Shown here: in pieces, positions 12,389 to 23,948 of the stretch | How the letters are laid out: the number at the start of each line of letters is the position of its first letter | How positions within the stretch are numbered: the first letter of the stretch is position 1 | NCBI RefSeq assembly: GCF_006345805.1 | Contig: NC_043009.1 | Location: forward strand, 20,708,001 to 20,772,000 | Direction of reading: 5' to 3' | Source: Octopus sinensis | Taxonomy: Eukaryota | Length of the DNA stretch: 64,000 nt | Made by a program: the position numbers and the translations under genes | Notes under the pieces: generated by a model | Database searches by the model: none | What the model was told of the DNA's origin: nothing | What the model saw: the letters and a program-made list of their open reading frames with translations, nothing else

Positions 12389-15300
12389 TTCTTCACTTGA
12401 GGAGACATGTAGGATGGAGGGTTGTTGAAGGTCACAGATGTGTGATGAAAGCTTTCCACACATAAAATAAGAACAACAATAAACAAGTTTGGAAGGAATA
12501 TATATAATGCCTGTGTGTTTGCTGTTTTATCTCATCGTTACTCTTTCATGTTGACAGTGGCAATGTTAAACCCCTTCGTTCAATTATGTTACTTTAAATC
12601 CTGAAAATTCCGTCTCTTCGTGTTCTGTCTTCGACCAGCCTAGCTTTTGGCCTCTCTCTCCACTCCATTGACCACTTCTCCCAACACCTTACCTCTGCTC
12701 TCCTCCCCCCTATATAAACTGGCTCATTCAGGTTCAGATAAACGGTTTTGTTTTCCAACCTTGCACACATCAAAAACCTCTTCTATAGTGCAAATTATTA
12801 TTACTTTATTATTTCATTTCATTATCTATGTAAACACAGTTTCGTCTTCCATGCTGTATGTTTAGAGAAAAAAACTTAAGACCCCCTACATTCAATCTAA
12901 CTCTCCCTCTTTCTCCCTTCTCCCTCTCTTTCACACTCATTATTGTTATTCTTTCATTTATCTGATTTGGTCATAGTTTGGCTGACCGAAAACTGTTGCT
13001 TATAGCTCAAGTTAAGAATACAAATCCCCAATTCTATCTCATTATTATTACCATTTCTTCACACTGGCAGCCAGAGTGTTTGCTATTTGGCGGCGTGCCC
13101 ACCCCTCACAGCCCCACCACCTGTACCAGACGTCTTTCTCCTGAACACTTCCAAAGGCTTAAATGCTCCCCCATTCCTTCTTTGTGTTTATTTCCTCTGC
13201 AATGTAGAGAGATTATGTAGCACATAAAATGACGGTGGTAGTTTATGCAGGTTGAAGGCTCTTGTATGTTTATGAGTTCTGCCAAATGCAAGCTTTCTTT
13301 TCAGGTAAATGTTTCTGCTGTCCCCCATCCCAGGGTCTAGCAGGCCCACACCTTCCACACCCTCAGAGTTGGCACATTTAACAGTAGGTCTGGTGAGGTT
13401 GTTGACATGCTTGAATGGAGACGTGTAGATTTGTGCTGCATCCAAGAAGTTAAGTGGAGAGGAAGTTCTAGGTTCCTCACAAGCAAAGAACATAGGTATA
13501 AGATTTTCTGGGTAAGGAACACTGAGGGGGTCGGGGGCATGGGTATACTTCTTACGGAGAAATGGGTTGATAAGGTAATTGAGGTGGTCAGGATCTGTGA
13601 TAGAATACTTAAGCTTAGATTAGTGCTGCAACATAGATTAGCAACCATTATCTCGGCTTATGCCCCTCAGCCAGGGCTACCTGATGAGCAGAAAGACCGA
13701 TTTTATGACACCCTCTTGCAGACTACCTCCTCGATGAATGACAGGGACCTTCTCTTTGTGGCTGGTGATTTCAATGGGCTTTCAACATGCAGGGGTCTTC
13801 CATGACGTACATGGTGGCTGTGGTTTTGGTTCCCGCAATGAGGAGGGAACCAGGCTGCTGGAGTTCTGCAATGCAAATGATTCTATGGTTTGTAATACTT
13901 ATTTCAGGAAACCTGTCAGTCACCTATTCACCTACTGGTCTTGTGGACACACTAGTCAAATTGACTACATCCTCGCCAGGACACGAGAAAGATGGCTACT
14001 TATAAATGCCAAAACCTTCCCAGGCGAAGAATACACCTCACAACGTAGATTAGTAGTTAGCAACTTCAGGATCAGGGCTAAATGGATGCTCATCAGATGA
14101 CCAGCATGGAAAAGAAAGGTCTGGAAGCTTAAGGATCCTGCAACTGGACAGAGATTTAGAGACGTATTACTTGTAGCTTTTGATGAAATAGAGGAGGATA
14201 TAGCATCACATGATGTGGAAGACAACTGGAGGTTCTTACAGGATAACCTGTTGAGGGTTACTGACCAAAGTTTTACTAAGGAAGACAGATAAATCACAAA
14301 TCCCTTCAGGTAGATGGCCCTGCTCAATCTGTAGGAAAGCCATAGGTAGAAACTCCATAAGATGTACCCTGTGTAAGCTACAGACACACAAGAGGTGCTG
14401 CAATATCAAAGGAAGGTTACCTGGGAAGATAGTTTTTGCATGTGGCAAATGCACAGGAGCAATAAACACTGAAAATGCGCAGAAAACAACTTCTGCCACA
14501 TTCCAGAGATAAAAACTAGAAGTAGTTGATAGCTTCCGTTACTTAGGTGACCAGGTCAATAGTGGGGGTGGATACTCTGAGAGCATAGCTGCTAGAATAA
14601 GAATAGCTAGGGGAAAGTTCAAAGAGCTCCCACTTCTGCTGGTGACAAAGGGCCTCTCGCTTAGAGTAAAAGGTAGATTGTACGATGCATGTGTGCGAAC
14701 AGCCATGGTACATGGCTGTGAAATGCATAAGCTTGCAATGAATGAAGCCAGTATGCTCCACTGGATGTGTAATGTCAGTGTGCATACATGACAGTGTAAA
14801 TGCCCTGAGAGAAAAGTTGAACCTAAGACACATCAGATGTGGTGTGCAAGAGAGACAGCTGTGCTGGTATGGTCATGTGTTACATATGGATGAGATCAGC
14901 CGTGTGAAGAAGTGTCATACCCTAGCAGTTGAGGGAACCTGTGGAAGAGGTAAGCCTAGGAAGACCTGGGATGAGGTGGTGAAGCATGACCTTTGAACGT
15001 TGGGCCCCATGGAGGCAATGACAAGCGACTGAGACCTTTGAAGATATGCTGTACTTGAGAAGACCCAGCAAGCCAAGTGAGACCATAACCGTGGCTTATG
15101 CCAGTGTCGCATAACCGGCCCATTTAAGACTACCCTTCAGTCATTGGGCAATAAACTATGCTTGAGACCTGTTGAGTCAAGTGAAATCATTGTTGTGGCC
15201 GATGTTAATACCACCTGATTGGCTCCCGTGATGGTGGCATGTAAAATGCACCATTTGAGCATGGTCGATGCCAGTACCACCTGACTGGCCCTTGTGCCAG

Positions 15301-16934
15301 TGGCCCATAAAAAGCACCTGCTACAATCTTGGAGTAGTTGGTGTTAGGAAGGGCATCCAGCAGTAGAAACCTTGCCTGATCAGATTGGAGCCTGGTACAG
15401 CTTCTGGCTTGCCAGTCCTCAGTCAAACCGTCCAACCCATGCCAGCATGGAAAGCAGACGTTAAACGATGATGATGTGTCTGGTTTGGCAAGAAAAAAAA
15501 TTTACCATCCCCAAATAATACAATATCTATTTATTGTCTCTTTTTTTTAATGTTGACTTAAGTTGGACAGGTCTGTTGGCCAGCAGATCATCTCCTGCTG
15601 TGATCTTTTCTCATCTGTGAAAAGGAACATCCTGATGTCTCACCCCACTTCTTTCTTCTTTGCAGTTCCTCTCACCTGCCTTTCATTGTCATTCAGTGTT
15701 CAGGTCACTGCAATTATCTCTGCTTCCTACACCCGACACCAAAACACTCTCTCAACTTCATTTTAACCAAGATTTTTACAGCCATCAGAGCAGCATCAAC
15801 AATTCACTCTAAATTCTCAAGACTCTCCTTATTACCATGCTGTAGCACATCTGTTATCAACAGAAGTAATATCTTCCTTCCTCGTTACCCCCATTCTTTT
15901 AATTAATGTTTCAGCAACGATCCCTGTTGCATTTCATGCATTTAGTGTCTTGCTTTTCTGCTCAACCATTTGCTCCAACCTCTATATCAAGTAAGGCTGC
16001 AGATCATATTGAGATCTAATTTCTTAGTATTCTAATAGTTGCCAGTTCAGCTCCAAGAAATAATCTTGCAAACCTCAGTCCTCAGCACTTGATCCAACAC
16101 CTACACTTTTTCTGTTTTTCTGATAAAGCATTTTATTTGTGTTTTTGAGATTATGATGATATTGCTAAGTTATTTCCTAATGTATCATCGAGAGAGAGAG
16201 AGACCCCTATACAGTGTAGTTGAATGCCTGGTATGAAGATGCATCAGAATCTTTGGGCTACACAAAACTCTAGGGTGGCAGAAGAACCTGTGAAATATAA
16301 TAAACCTTTAATTCTCTAAATTCTTGTAACTTTATACAAAACTAGTGTTTTGGTATTGAATGTTAGATTTTTCTGTCACCAATGGGGTTTTAAGGCAGAT
16401 TTTTTCAAATTTGAATGGGGGTGAAATTTTTCCTGCAGGTTAAAGGGTCCCTGAGCTTACCATTGATGCTTCCTTTTTGATTTGTTTTTATTTTTCTGCA
16501 ACTGTTGTTGACCAATTCTTAAGACATTCTACTCAGTGACTACCCCAACCTTTTTTTTTCCAGGAATTGTATACCTTGGACTACATTATTTTTAAATGAT
16601 TGGAGGAGCCAGTTTGCTGCTATTTCTAGCTGGTCAAGCAACCATGTACATGGCTCCCTTGTTTTCACCAATATTTAAAAACCTGTATTCAGCAGAGGCA
16701 TATTAGAACTGTTTCTTAATTGAACTTTTAATGTGAAAACCTCTGCAGCTGGAGTTCAATGGATTCTTTAGTTTTTCTCTCTGATTTTAATCTTTTATTT
16801 CTCACTTTCAAAATTCATTTTAACATTTTTTTTTTTCCCCTTTTGTTTTCAGTCTTCAATACGAAACAGAAAACTCAATGGATGAAGAAATGATGAATTA
16901 TTATGAGAAATATTTAGAATCTTGTGAGAAATAA
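3343..16934 (+). CDS. PAIP1: Polyadenylate-binding protein-interacting protein 1 (PAIP1), 3' part: 6 coding exons, 237 aa (C-terminal MIF4G helices plus acidic tail); 5' exons lie upstream of the window
   Basis: Join 3343-3451,4236-4358,6643-6746,8047-8215,12040-12167,16853-16934 has all GT-AG introns and consistent phases. The protein (RFCRMSLFIAELFLLLE..ETVKCAAHLMKLAGAALED..LKLKEVHFGR..NEPIFFNKKG..SMDEEMMNYYEKYLES) matches remembered human PAIP1 motifs (RFHAFVLFLGELYLNLE..LICAVKLLKLTGSVLED..LVELRSSNWGR..NEPTFYTSDG..EMDPEIEEAYEKFCLES). Recognition from memory; no database search run. Confidence 0.85.
3668..3740. repeat. (TA)n microsatellite
   Basis: Seen directly. Confidence 0.95.
3752..4010. 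mobile_element. Two degenerate RTE-tail SINE-like fragments, tail to tail
   Basis: ..ggacattaaatgatgatgat on plus (3752-3910) followed by gtttctacagctggatgcccttcctaa on minus. Confidence 0.55.
4236..4358 (+). CDS. PAIP1: PAIP1 exon (LETDGVKEKLNVLRNAIYSLLELLLKHSGDETVKCAAHLMK)
   Basis: tttttttAG acceptor, AAG|GTAAAC donor, 123 nt, phase 0-0. Confidence 0.85.
4746..5823 (+). mobile_element. Internally deleted piggyBac transposon
   Basis: TTAA at 4742-45 and 5824-27; TIRs CCCTTTCGATAC and CCCTTTCGTTAC; ORF 5025-5417 has the piggyBac acidic N-terminus and DYFFLLF..IITAETNRYA motif; catalytic core absent. Confidence 0.9.
6045..6235 (+). mobile_element. Short interspersed repeat (family with GCTGCTATTTCTAGC core)
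   Basis: Similar copies at 16560-16660 (+), 18180-18255 (-), 22490-22685 (-), 30795-30880 (-). Confidence 0.55.
6643..6746 (+). CDS. PAIP1: PAIP1 exon (LAGAALEDSEHPNNQSLDKIYLSFEELKGSPKLN)
   Basis: ttattgcAG acceptor, AA|GTAAGT donor, 104 nt, phase 0-2. Confidence 0.85.
7495..7538 (-). mobile_element. Very short 3' stub of the CR1 family at 8698-9340
   Basis: Matches gtggtgcacctgagcactgtatacaataat plus (ATT)n tail. Confidence 0.55.
8047..8215 (+). CDS. PAIP1: PAIP1 exon (TSEILIDSVLKLKEVHFGRNESAQSKVSSSSS..AVFIT)
   Basis: ttatctttaaAG acceptor, ACG|GTATGT donor, 169 nt, phase 2-0. Confidence 0.8.
8698..9340 (+). mobile_element. 5'-truncated CR1/L2-type LINE (ORF2 C-terminus plus 3' UTR, (ATT)n tail)
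   Basis: [50 protein letters not shown] motifs; sister copy at 52439-52905. Confidence 0.88.
9759..10075. mobile_element. 317-bp MITE with perfect 18-bp TIRs and 8-bp target-site duplication
   Basis: GGATCTTTTCCTTTTGAA (9759-76) and TTCAAAAGGAAAAGATCC (10058-75); TAAATATG at 9751-58 and 10076-83. Confidence 0.92.
10268..10650 (+). mobile_element. Helitron RepHel remnant (PIF1-like helicase C-terminus)
   Basis: [63 protein letters not shown] matches helicase motifs V and VI of Helitron PIF1 domains. Confidence 0.85.
10853..11002 (-). mobile_element. RTE-tail SINE-like repeat
   Basis: catcatcgtcgtttaacgtccgctttccatg..gctggatgcccttcctaacgccaacc. Confidence 0.8.
12040..12167 (+). CDS. PAIP1: PAIP1 exon (NEPIFFNKKGQQISRQEAGVDAEADMSQLLAEVDLEDMQDLQ)
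   Basis: ttcctttcttttacAG acceptor, AT|GTAAGT donor, 128 nt, phase 0-2. Confidence 0.88.
12322..12385. repeat. (TA)n microsatellite
   Basis: Seen directly. Confidence 0.95.
13300..15476 (+). mobile_element. RTE-clade LINE, RT core deleted: APE endonuclease, PHD-like finger, C-terminus, 3' UTR, (GAT)n tail
   Basis: VDLCCIQEVKW..IISAYAPQ..VAGDFNG..SQIDYIL endonuclease motifs; CSICRK..CTLC..HKRC..CGKC; ..RQLCWYGHVLHM..GRGKPRKTW.EVV. Confidence 0.9.
16853..16934 (+). CDS. PAIP1: PAIP1 terminal coding exon (LQYETENSMDEEMMNYYEKYLESCEK*)
   Basis: Long polypyrimidine tract plus cAG at 16851-52; in-frame TAA at 16932-34. Confidence 0.88.
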
Positions 16935-17676
16935 TATTTCTTCAAATATTTTTTTAATTTCAAGATATTGTTCTTGTTCCTACTTTGATTACTTCTTGAA
17001 AGCTATTTTTCAAATATAATATTTTGCACAGAAACAAAACCAATTATGTATTCCTGTGGCTCTTTAAGCAATAGGTTACTAGATGCTAACAATACCCAAC
17101 ATCATTACAACATCCATTATATTCTCACTCGCAAATGACCTCTAAAAATACTTTGATTTGAATACAACTTTCTATTTAAATTTTGTCCATTAATTATTGT
17201 CATTGTGAAAAAATTACTCTTTAAAAAAGACAAAAAACACCAGTGTGATGCAGTTATTTTTGATATGGTTTTAGTGACTTATTAAACAGCTCCATCTGAC
17301 TTGTCTTAGTATTGAAGCTAGCTTATTTACAACATTGTAGATTTTATCTTTGTCGGAGGAAATACTTTACCGATAATAGGATTCTATTTTAGAATTAGAT
17401 TAAAAAACAAAACTGGTTTCTCTGTGATAAATATCTCAAGATTCTTGTGAGATCTCTTCCCCAGAAATGACAAGAGTTTTACTTCTAGCATTATTCATTT
17501 GAGGACAATTCCAGTACACTCAATGCATTTCTTTGTTCAGAACCTGATTTCAAGAAAATAAGAGGTTTTAACTTAATAGGATCATTTAAAATAATTTGGG
17601 GGAAATTATTCCTCAAACCAATGAATTTTCTTTTTCATTTTTGTGTGGCCATTGTTGTTTATTTGATGTCCATTGG

Positions 17677-17964
17677 AATAAATCATTTTTTTATTTTACA
17701 AAATAAAATTTTATTTTAGACATTTGGCTGTTAAGTTTCTCAAATTCTTAATTACTAACATTTCAGTTACTAATCAGCCAAAATTGATGTCTTCCATAAA
17801 ACAATTAGTTCAGCTGTAGATGGTTTCCTTAGCAACCAATATCATCGCAACTCTTTGAAATAAAACATTTTCTTTGTGTCTCATTCCCATCACATCTTTT
17901 ATTTCTCTGTAGTTAATTAATTATATTTTTGACAATTTTCTTTGCAAGATTTCTAAAAAATAAA
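17677..17964 (+). terminator. Candidate PAIP1 polyadenylation signals (AATAAA at 17677, 17702, 17859, 17959)
   Basis: Hexamers 0.7-1.0 kb downstream of the stop; which one is used cannot be told from sequence. Confidence 0.4.
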
Positions 17965-18639
17965 TTGCTTTCTGCTACTTACGGCAGCTGAAGTTGTTCG
18001 GAACGGATTTTGAAGATTTCTTTTTTAAATGAAATTCTAGAAATGTTCAGAATTCTTATGAAAGCATATTTTGAACATATTTCACAAAGGTTGGATCACA
18101 TTGGGAGAAGTTTGCTTAGATTATTAGAATATTGCAGTTCAAATACCACTGAAACCAAAAGATGAGTAGTCAACTTCAAGTTCCAGGTATACAAAGAGAC
18201 AGGATGGTCATGGCTAGAATGCTTTTAACCATTGATTGGTTTGGGTTTAAACAGTAGTTCCATATCTACTTTTCACACAATCCCATGTTATAATTCACAG
18301 TTTTAACACATGGACAAACAGCTTCATTTTCTCATGGTTTCTCTTCAGTGTCCCTATTGAAATAAACTATTTCCCTTGTTTTCACAATTGGAGTTGTTCT
18401 TCCTCCTCACCAATTTGTAGAAATAGACATCATTTATCTTTGGCAATTATTGGTCTGTGTATCACAACCGGCTGATTGGTCTGTGAAGGCAGGTGAGGAA
18501 TATATTGTGATCTGAATTTCAGTGAATTATCTATCAGACAATCAATCTGTTTTGTTACTGATACATTTCACCAGAGCACTGTTACCAAATAAGTTTGAAT
18601 TCATTCCTGTTAATAAGTTGTGTAAATGAGCAAGTTTAA

Positions 18640-18813
18640 TCCTTAACGCATTCAGATTATTGTCAAATGTAATTATTTACATTGTTTTGAGATTTCAATG
18701 ATGTGACTGTTTATTTTGAGAATGACATTGTAGGCTAGGTGTGAGAGACTGGATCTTGACTGTTTGAACATAAAACAGAATATCTGAGCTGCATGTAGCC
18801 AGTTTGAAATGGT
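18640..18813. mobile_element. Degenerate TTAA-flanked MITE (same family as 49379-49597)
   Basis: Shared interior gcattcagatt..tgtcaaatg..agaatgacattgtaggctaggtgtgagag. Confidence 0.65.
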
Positions 18814-18889
18814 TATCTTTAATAACATTTTTTCAAGACATACCAAATGAAATTAGCTGAATGAATTTAAATGAAGAACAAAAACAGGA

Positions 18890-20394
18890 GATTTAAGTTT
18901 AACTTTTTTTATTTCTATTAATTCTTCACTTAGCCTTAAGCAATCCTCCATAATGTCCATAATACACGAAAAATATACAATAGTGTTGACAAATATTGCC
19001 AGAGTTCAGCTTCACAATATAAACATCAGTTGTGGCATGACTTTTAAAAATTTTACAATAAATAAATAAATAAAATAACAAAAACACTTAATTGAGATTG
19101 CTTCCTTTTTGTTAAAATTACAACACAGCTGCCTTTTTTTTTTTTTATCTTACAAAAAGGAAGAACTTGATAGTTTTAAAAGAAAAAATTCAGAAAGTAG
19201 AATGTTTCAAGAAATATTTTAGATTTAAAAAAAAAAAAGAGATAATGAACTTAACTATTAGGGAGAGAGGGGGAAGAAAACCAGATTCTGTTTTGTTTCA
19301 TATTACAAAATATGAAAGGAAAAAACACCCCACCATAAAATACTTCTAATAGAAATCCAACTGATTTCTGTTTGTTTTTATAGAAATTTTTCTCAAATTC
19401 CTTTCAAAACTTCAGCAGTAAAATGACAAACTTTATTCAAAAAAAAAAAATTGGTCCCCTGCTTTCTTCCTTAAAATGAAATGCAATCTGGCTGTCATTA
19501 CTACCAGGAAATTGATAGCATCAAGCCATCAGGAAAAGAATTATAAGTTAAAAGTTTCCTTACGACATAAATTAAAACCATATTTATTCTGAAGTTTCTA
19601 TACAAATTAAAATTGGTTAAAAGACTAGACAATTTTTTTTCACTTCTGTACAATTTACAATTATGAAACAAAAACTTTTCTATTTAAAATTCCAGTATTT
19701 TGAAAGCAAAAGAGAAAAAAGCTAAATTAACCCTTCTGATACAAATCAGTCCAAGAATGCTCTTGGGACAAAGATACAAACTTCATGTTGTTTCAAATAC
19801 CAGCTTAATAACAACAGAATTGTTTTATTAAATTCTTTGTTATTTCAACAGAAATATATAGCAACAAAAGGATTTAAAAAAAAATATAAATGGAAACATT
19901 ACACTAAGAGATGTATCATTTGATTATTATGCAGAACTGAGAAAACTTAGGCTAAAACAAAATTAAGATATAATTCCCTTTTTCTTTTTTTTCTATTTTC
20001 TGTGTAAAATTGTAAAATCCATTTAGAAATGCTTGTTGGCAGAAACAGTTTGATTGTAGAGATACTTTATATACATATATCGACAAACAGTTTAAATAAA
20101 AATACACACACACACACACACACATATATATTTAGTGAAATCTATATATGTGTGTTTAAAGTTTATATTACAGGAATTTATACATCTATTTTATGTGCTA
20201 TTAATGGTTTGAATTATGTTACAAAAGCAAAAGCTCAGATTTAAATTTGACAGGAAAAAAAAATCATAAATAAGAATTAAAAAAGTATCTTTTAAAAATA
20301 ATTTATATATATGTATATGTGTGCATATATATATATATATATATATACACGCAAACACATATACATGTATATACACACATGTATATATATATAG

Positions 20395-20425
<31 letters not shown>

Positions 20426-23400
20426 ATCCTAGTGAAGATATGAAATATAGATACATTGTAGTAAGCCAAGTATTATACATAAATCATTGTCTTTATTTAC
20501 ATTTAAAAGATATCACAACAGTAGGGTGTGTACACACACACACACACACTATTGGTTAGTGATGTAATTTGGTTGCAAAGCATCAACTTTGCCAACATGA
20601 AGGGAAAAAAAATGATTGATGTTAAGAAACAAAAAAATGAAGCAAAGGAAAGAGAAAGCCGAGAGAGTTGACGTTAAGTAAATGAGGAAAGAAGACGAAG
20701 TAGAGATAATTGTTTTATCTCACAAGTAAATTTGTAGACCTACACACATCAAAGAAAATAGATAAAATGAGAACAGGCAGGAAGAATTTCATTCTTCTAT
20801 AAGCACTGCTTTCCCTGCCATGTCCACTGATTCCAACTGATTTTATTTTACCATTGTTGAAAGCTGAGAAGAAATAGATTCCACAGATTTTGGCAGGTAA
20901 ACAACACCTTCATGTGATGTTTTTATGCACAATCTGCCTAATGTCAAGTTTAGTGGGTTATCCTGAGCAAAGAGAATAATTCTAAAATTGGAAGGGAAGC
21001 AATGATTCCATCAATATTTTTAGGAGGTACATTATTCCACAGAAGTCAGTAGTCACATAAGAGAGAGAAAATTCTTATGTCAAAGATCCTTCTTTAAGCT
21101 ATAACATCTGACCGAAATTTAAAGGAAAGGTAGCACTAAAGATCTCTGGTTACAACATCTATTTAGAAGAGTTGAAATTGACAAGAGGCTGGACTATTGG
21201 TCTGTTAAAACAAAGAAATATTTAAGTCTTCCTGTTTCAAGAGAAATGGAGTCTTTAGGAAATCTTCCTCTAAATCAATCAGAACAGAGCTTCAGTTCTT
21301 GGTGCTTTCACCTGTTTTAAGATAAAAGACTCCTCACCAATGGATGACTGAATTAATGCATCTCAACCATTCCAAAGGTTTCTATAACTCTTGAACCATG
21401 CAATGTCAATAAACAGTCCCCTTCCCCCACCTGTATTCTCCTATTTAAGAATTTGCTACAAACTCATTACTCAATTTCATTCTTATTCTAACACACTAAT
21501 TCTTGAGATTTCACCAAAGTTTGTAAAACCTGAACACTGATTTTCACTCCAAGTCTGCCATTAATTTTTTTCAACAGGGATTCAGAAAATGAAAAATCTA
21601 TTCTGAAGATGTTTTCAGTTCTTTTAATAAATAACTTAGATTAATGCAGCAAGATAAACCTACAGCAGCAAAACAGAAAGAAAAAACTTCAATTTGCAGC
21701 CATTTCAGTCACAGCTAAAATTTCCTGGGAGAAATTAATAAGTTATCAATTAAAAATTATTTAATGAAAATGGTCACCCTTGCCAACATTGCTATACTGC
21801 TTTCTTTTGTGAGTTTTTATTTATTCTATTATTGGTTGTAGCCATACTGGGGCACTGCCATTAAATTATTTCAAATACAAATGGAACATTGACGTGAAAC
21901 TAAATTACATTTTTATTCCCAATGCAAGTTGTTTGCAGCATCTAAAAGTCTGAATTAAACCAGACACAGTTGAAGCCTACATAAACATATAAACTCCTAC
22001 GTCCAAATATATGGAATTTCTCAGTGACAGGAATCCATCAGCTTCCAAACCCATTTATATGCTGAGCCCAGTTGAAATCAAAATGGGATTCCTACACACA
22101 CACACAAACATACATTTCCACCAGAATAGATTCTGTATTTTGAGTCAACACAAACTGAGTAGATTCTTAGAAAACTCAGGAAAGCTATTTGGTGTCCAAG
22201 AAAAGTGAACACTTCAAAAAGTGACAGCAACAGTAAGAGTCTATAATTAACCTAATAATCAATTAGTTAGAATTAAATTACTCTAATTTGATAATAAAAA
22301 AAACCTGAGGAAGAAGATCGTCAGCATCTGTATAGAAAAGAAGTTTAAGAATGGATTTCTTGTTGGTGGACATGTTTGTGTTTTGAGGGAAAGTTGGATG
22401 CAGCAAAGGGAAAAAAATACAAAAATTTACGCATCACCTGGCTAACATGAAAGTCTACTTGTATACACGAGTCAGTGAGGTGGTGGTAGGGGGAGGCAGT
22501 CAATCTGCTAGAAATATTAGCCACATCTCCCTCATATCATACCCCATCATCTTAAAATGAAAAGGAAACATAGGGATGATGTATTCCTAGATACACTCTT
22601 CAAGTAAAGTGTGATGGTCACAGCTGGAACATCTTTGTTCATAGTTCTGCTCAAACAAGACAGATCTGAGGATGAAACAACAACATAGACATGCTTCCAT
22701 TTTACTTGTGTGGATTTGTGCGCGCACACACACACACAGAGAAAACCTCGTGGATCAACTTACACTTGTTTAACAAATAATAATAACAACATCAACAACA
22801 GTTTAAAAGTCTTTTACAGATAATTTGTAAGATGATTGAAAAGCTTTGATAAATTTGTTAGCAATGATTTTGAAGATAAAATGGAAATATTGTAGAATAA
22901 ATTGTTTTGAGACTTGGTTTAGTGTTCCTCACTAAAAATGACAAAACACTTCAACGAAATCAAAGAATTTAAAATAGAAATTAGTTTTAATTGCTTTCAT
23001 TGATTTACTTAATTTATCCACATCTTTTTGATTTTAAACTATAGCTTATGAAGAATTTAAACTACATAAATATTTTATGTAACAAAAATAAATATTAAAA
23101 AACAACAAGCATAGATACTTGAGACAGAGTTTATAATGGGTAGTTTTCAATGAGTTTAATTATAAGCTTACTAACTGTTGAGGTATCTACTATTAATTAC
23201 ACAGTTACCTAATTATAACACTATTAAGTGACACTAAACATCTGAACGATAAAGCAAATATTAATAAGACATAGAAGATAAGCTAAAATTGAGAAGACAA
23301 AACTTGAAAATGAAACCGTTAATGAATTCTAGAAAAAACAAGTAAATTGTTTGTGTAAAAGATATTTGTGTGTGTGATGGGTTAAAAAAGAAAGAGAAAA

Positions 23401-23924
23401 TAAAATGAGAGAAGTGATAACAGAAATATTGATTCAAGTTGATACAACACCAAATAATTAAGAAATTTTGCTAAAATTAATTAGTATTAATTGCTGACAC
23501 ATACACAAACACACACACATACAATTATGAAATCCTAAAATAAAATATGTTAAGTTACTGCAATAAATGCTTAAAAATATTTTAAAATATTCTTTAAAAA
23601 ATCTGAATAAAGTAAGACTACACAGTTGTAGAGGAGCTAATTATAAAATAGTTGTATATTATAAATGTGTAGTTGTTTAGTATGAATGCAGTGGAGCCAA
23701 TATAACAATGTTGTTGGTATGCAAGAAAGAAGGAGGAACCAACCCAGAGGTGTTGTGTAAGAGAATGATCCATTAATAGTTCAGCATAGCAGATTGTTGT
23801 TGTCACTGGACTTGAGCAGGTTTCTACAGGGATGCTAGAGATGTAATAGGAAATGTCCCTGTTGAAGACATCCAATATGAAACATAGCAATTACTAGGAA
23901 GACTAAAACCACATTACCCGTCCA
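18890..23924 (-). other. Putative long (about 5 kb) 3' UTR of the receptor; AATAAA candidate at 18908-18913 (minus)
   Basis: Directly follows the stop; U-rich on minus strand; 3' end not determinable, as other minus-strand AATAAA occur at 19432, 17710, 17690. Confidence 0.35.
19731..19872. mobile_element. Old piggyBac-type MITE
   Basis: ttaa|CCCTTCTGATAC..AGCAACAAAAGGA|tttaa, resembling the ends of 4746-5823. Confidence 0.55.
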
Positions 23925-23948
23925 TCAAGCGGTCAGCGGCTGTAGAGT
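23925..23948 (-). CDS. VLDLR: Receptor terminal coding exon (TLQPLTA*)
   Basis: gttttcctttgtAG acceptor, in-frame TGA; the junction after ..LPA parallels the YPA| and YPS| last junction of VLDLR and LDLR. Confidence 0.75.
   Translation of the reverse strand, partial: TLQPLTA

Noticed and set aside
15560-16080. Possible old retroelement coding remnant
   Set aside because: GC and purine bias suggest decayed coding DNA but no motif could be read with confidence.
18900-23900. Argument that the putative 3' UTR is TE-free and therefore constrained
   Set aside because: It contains at least an old MITE (19731-19872) and a SINE (22490-22685).
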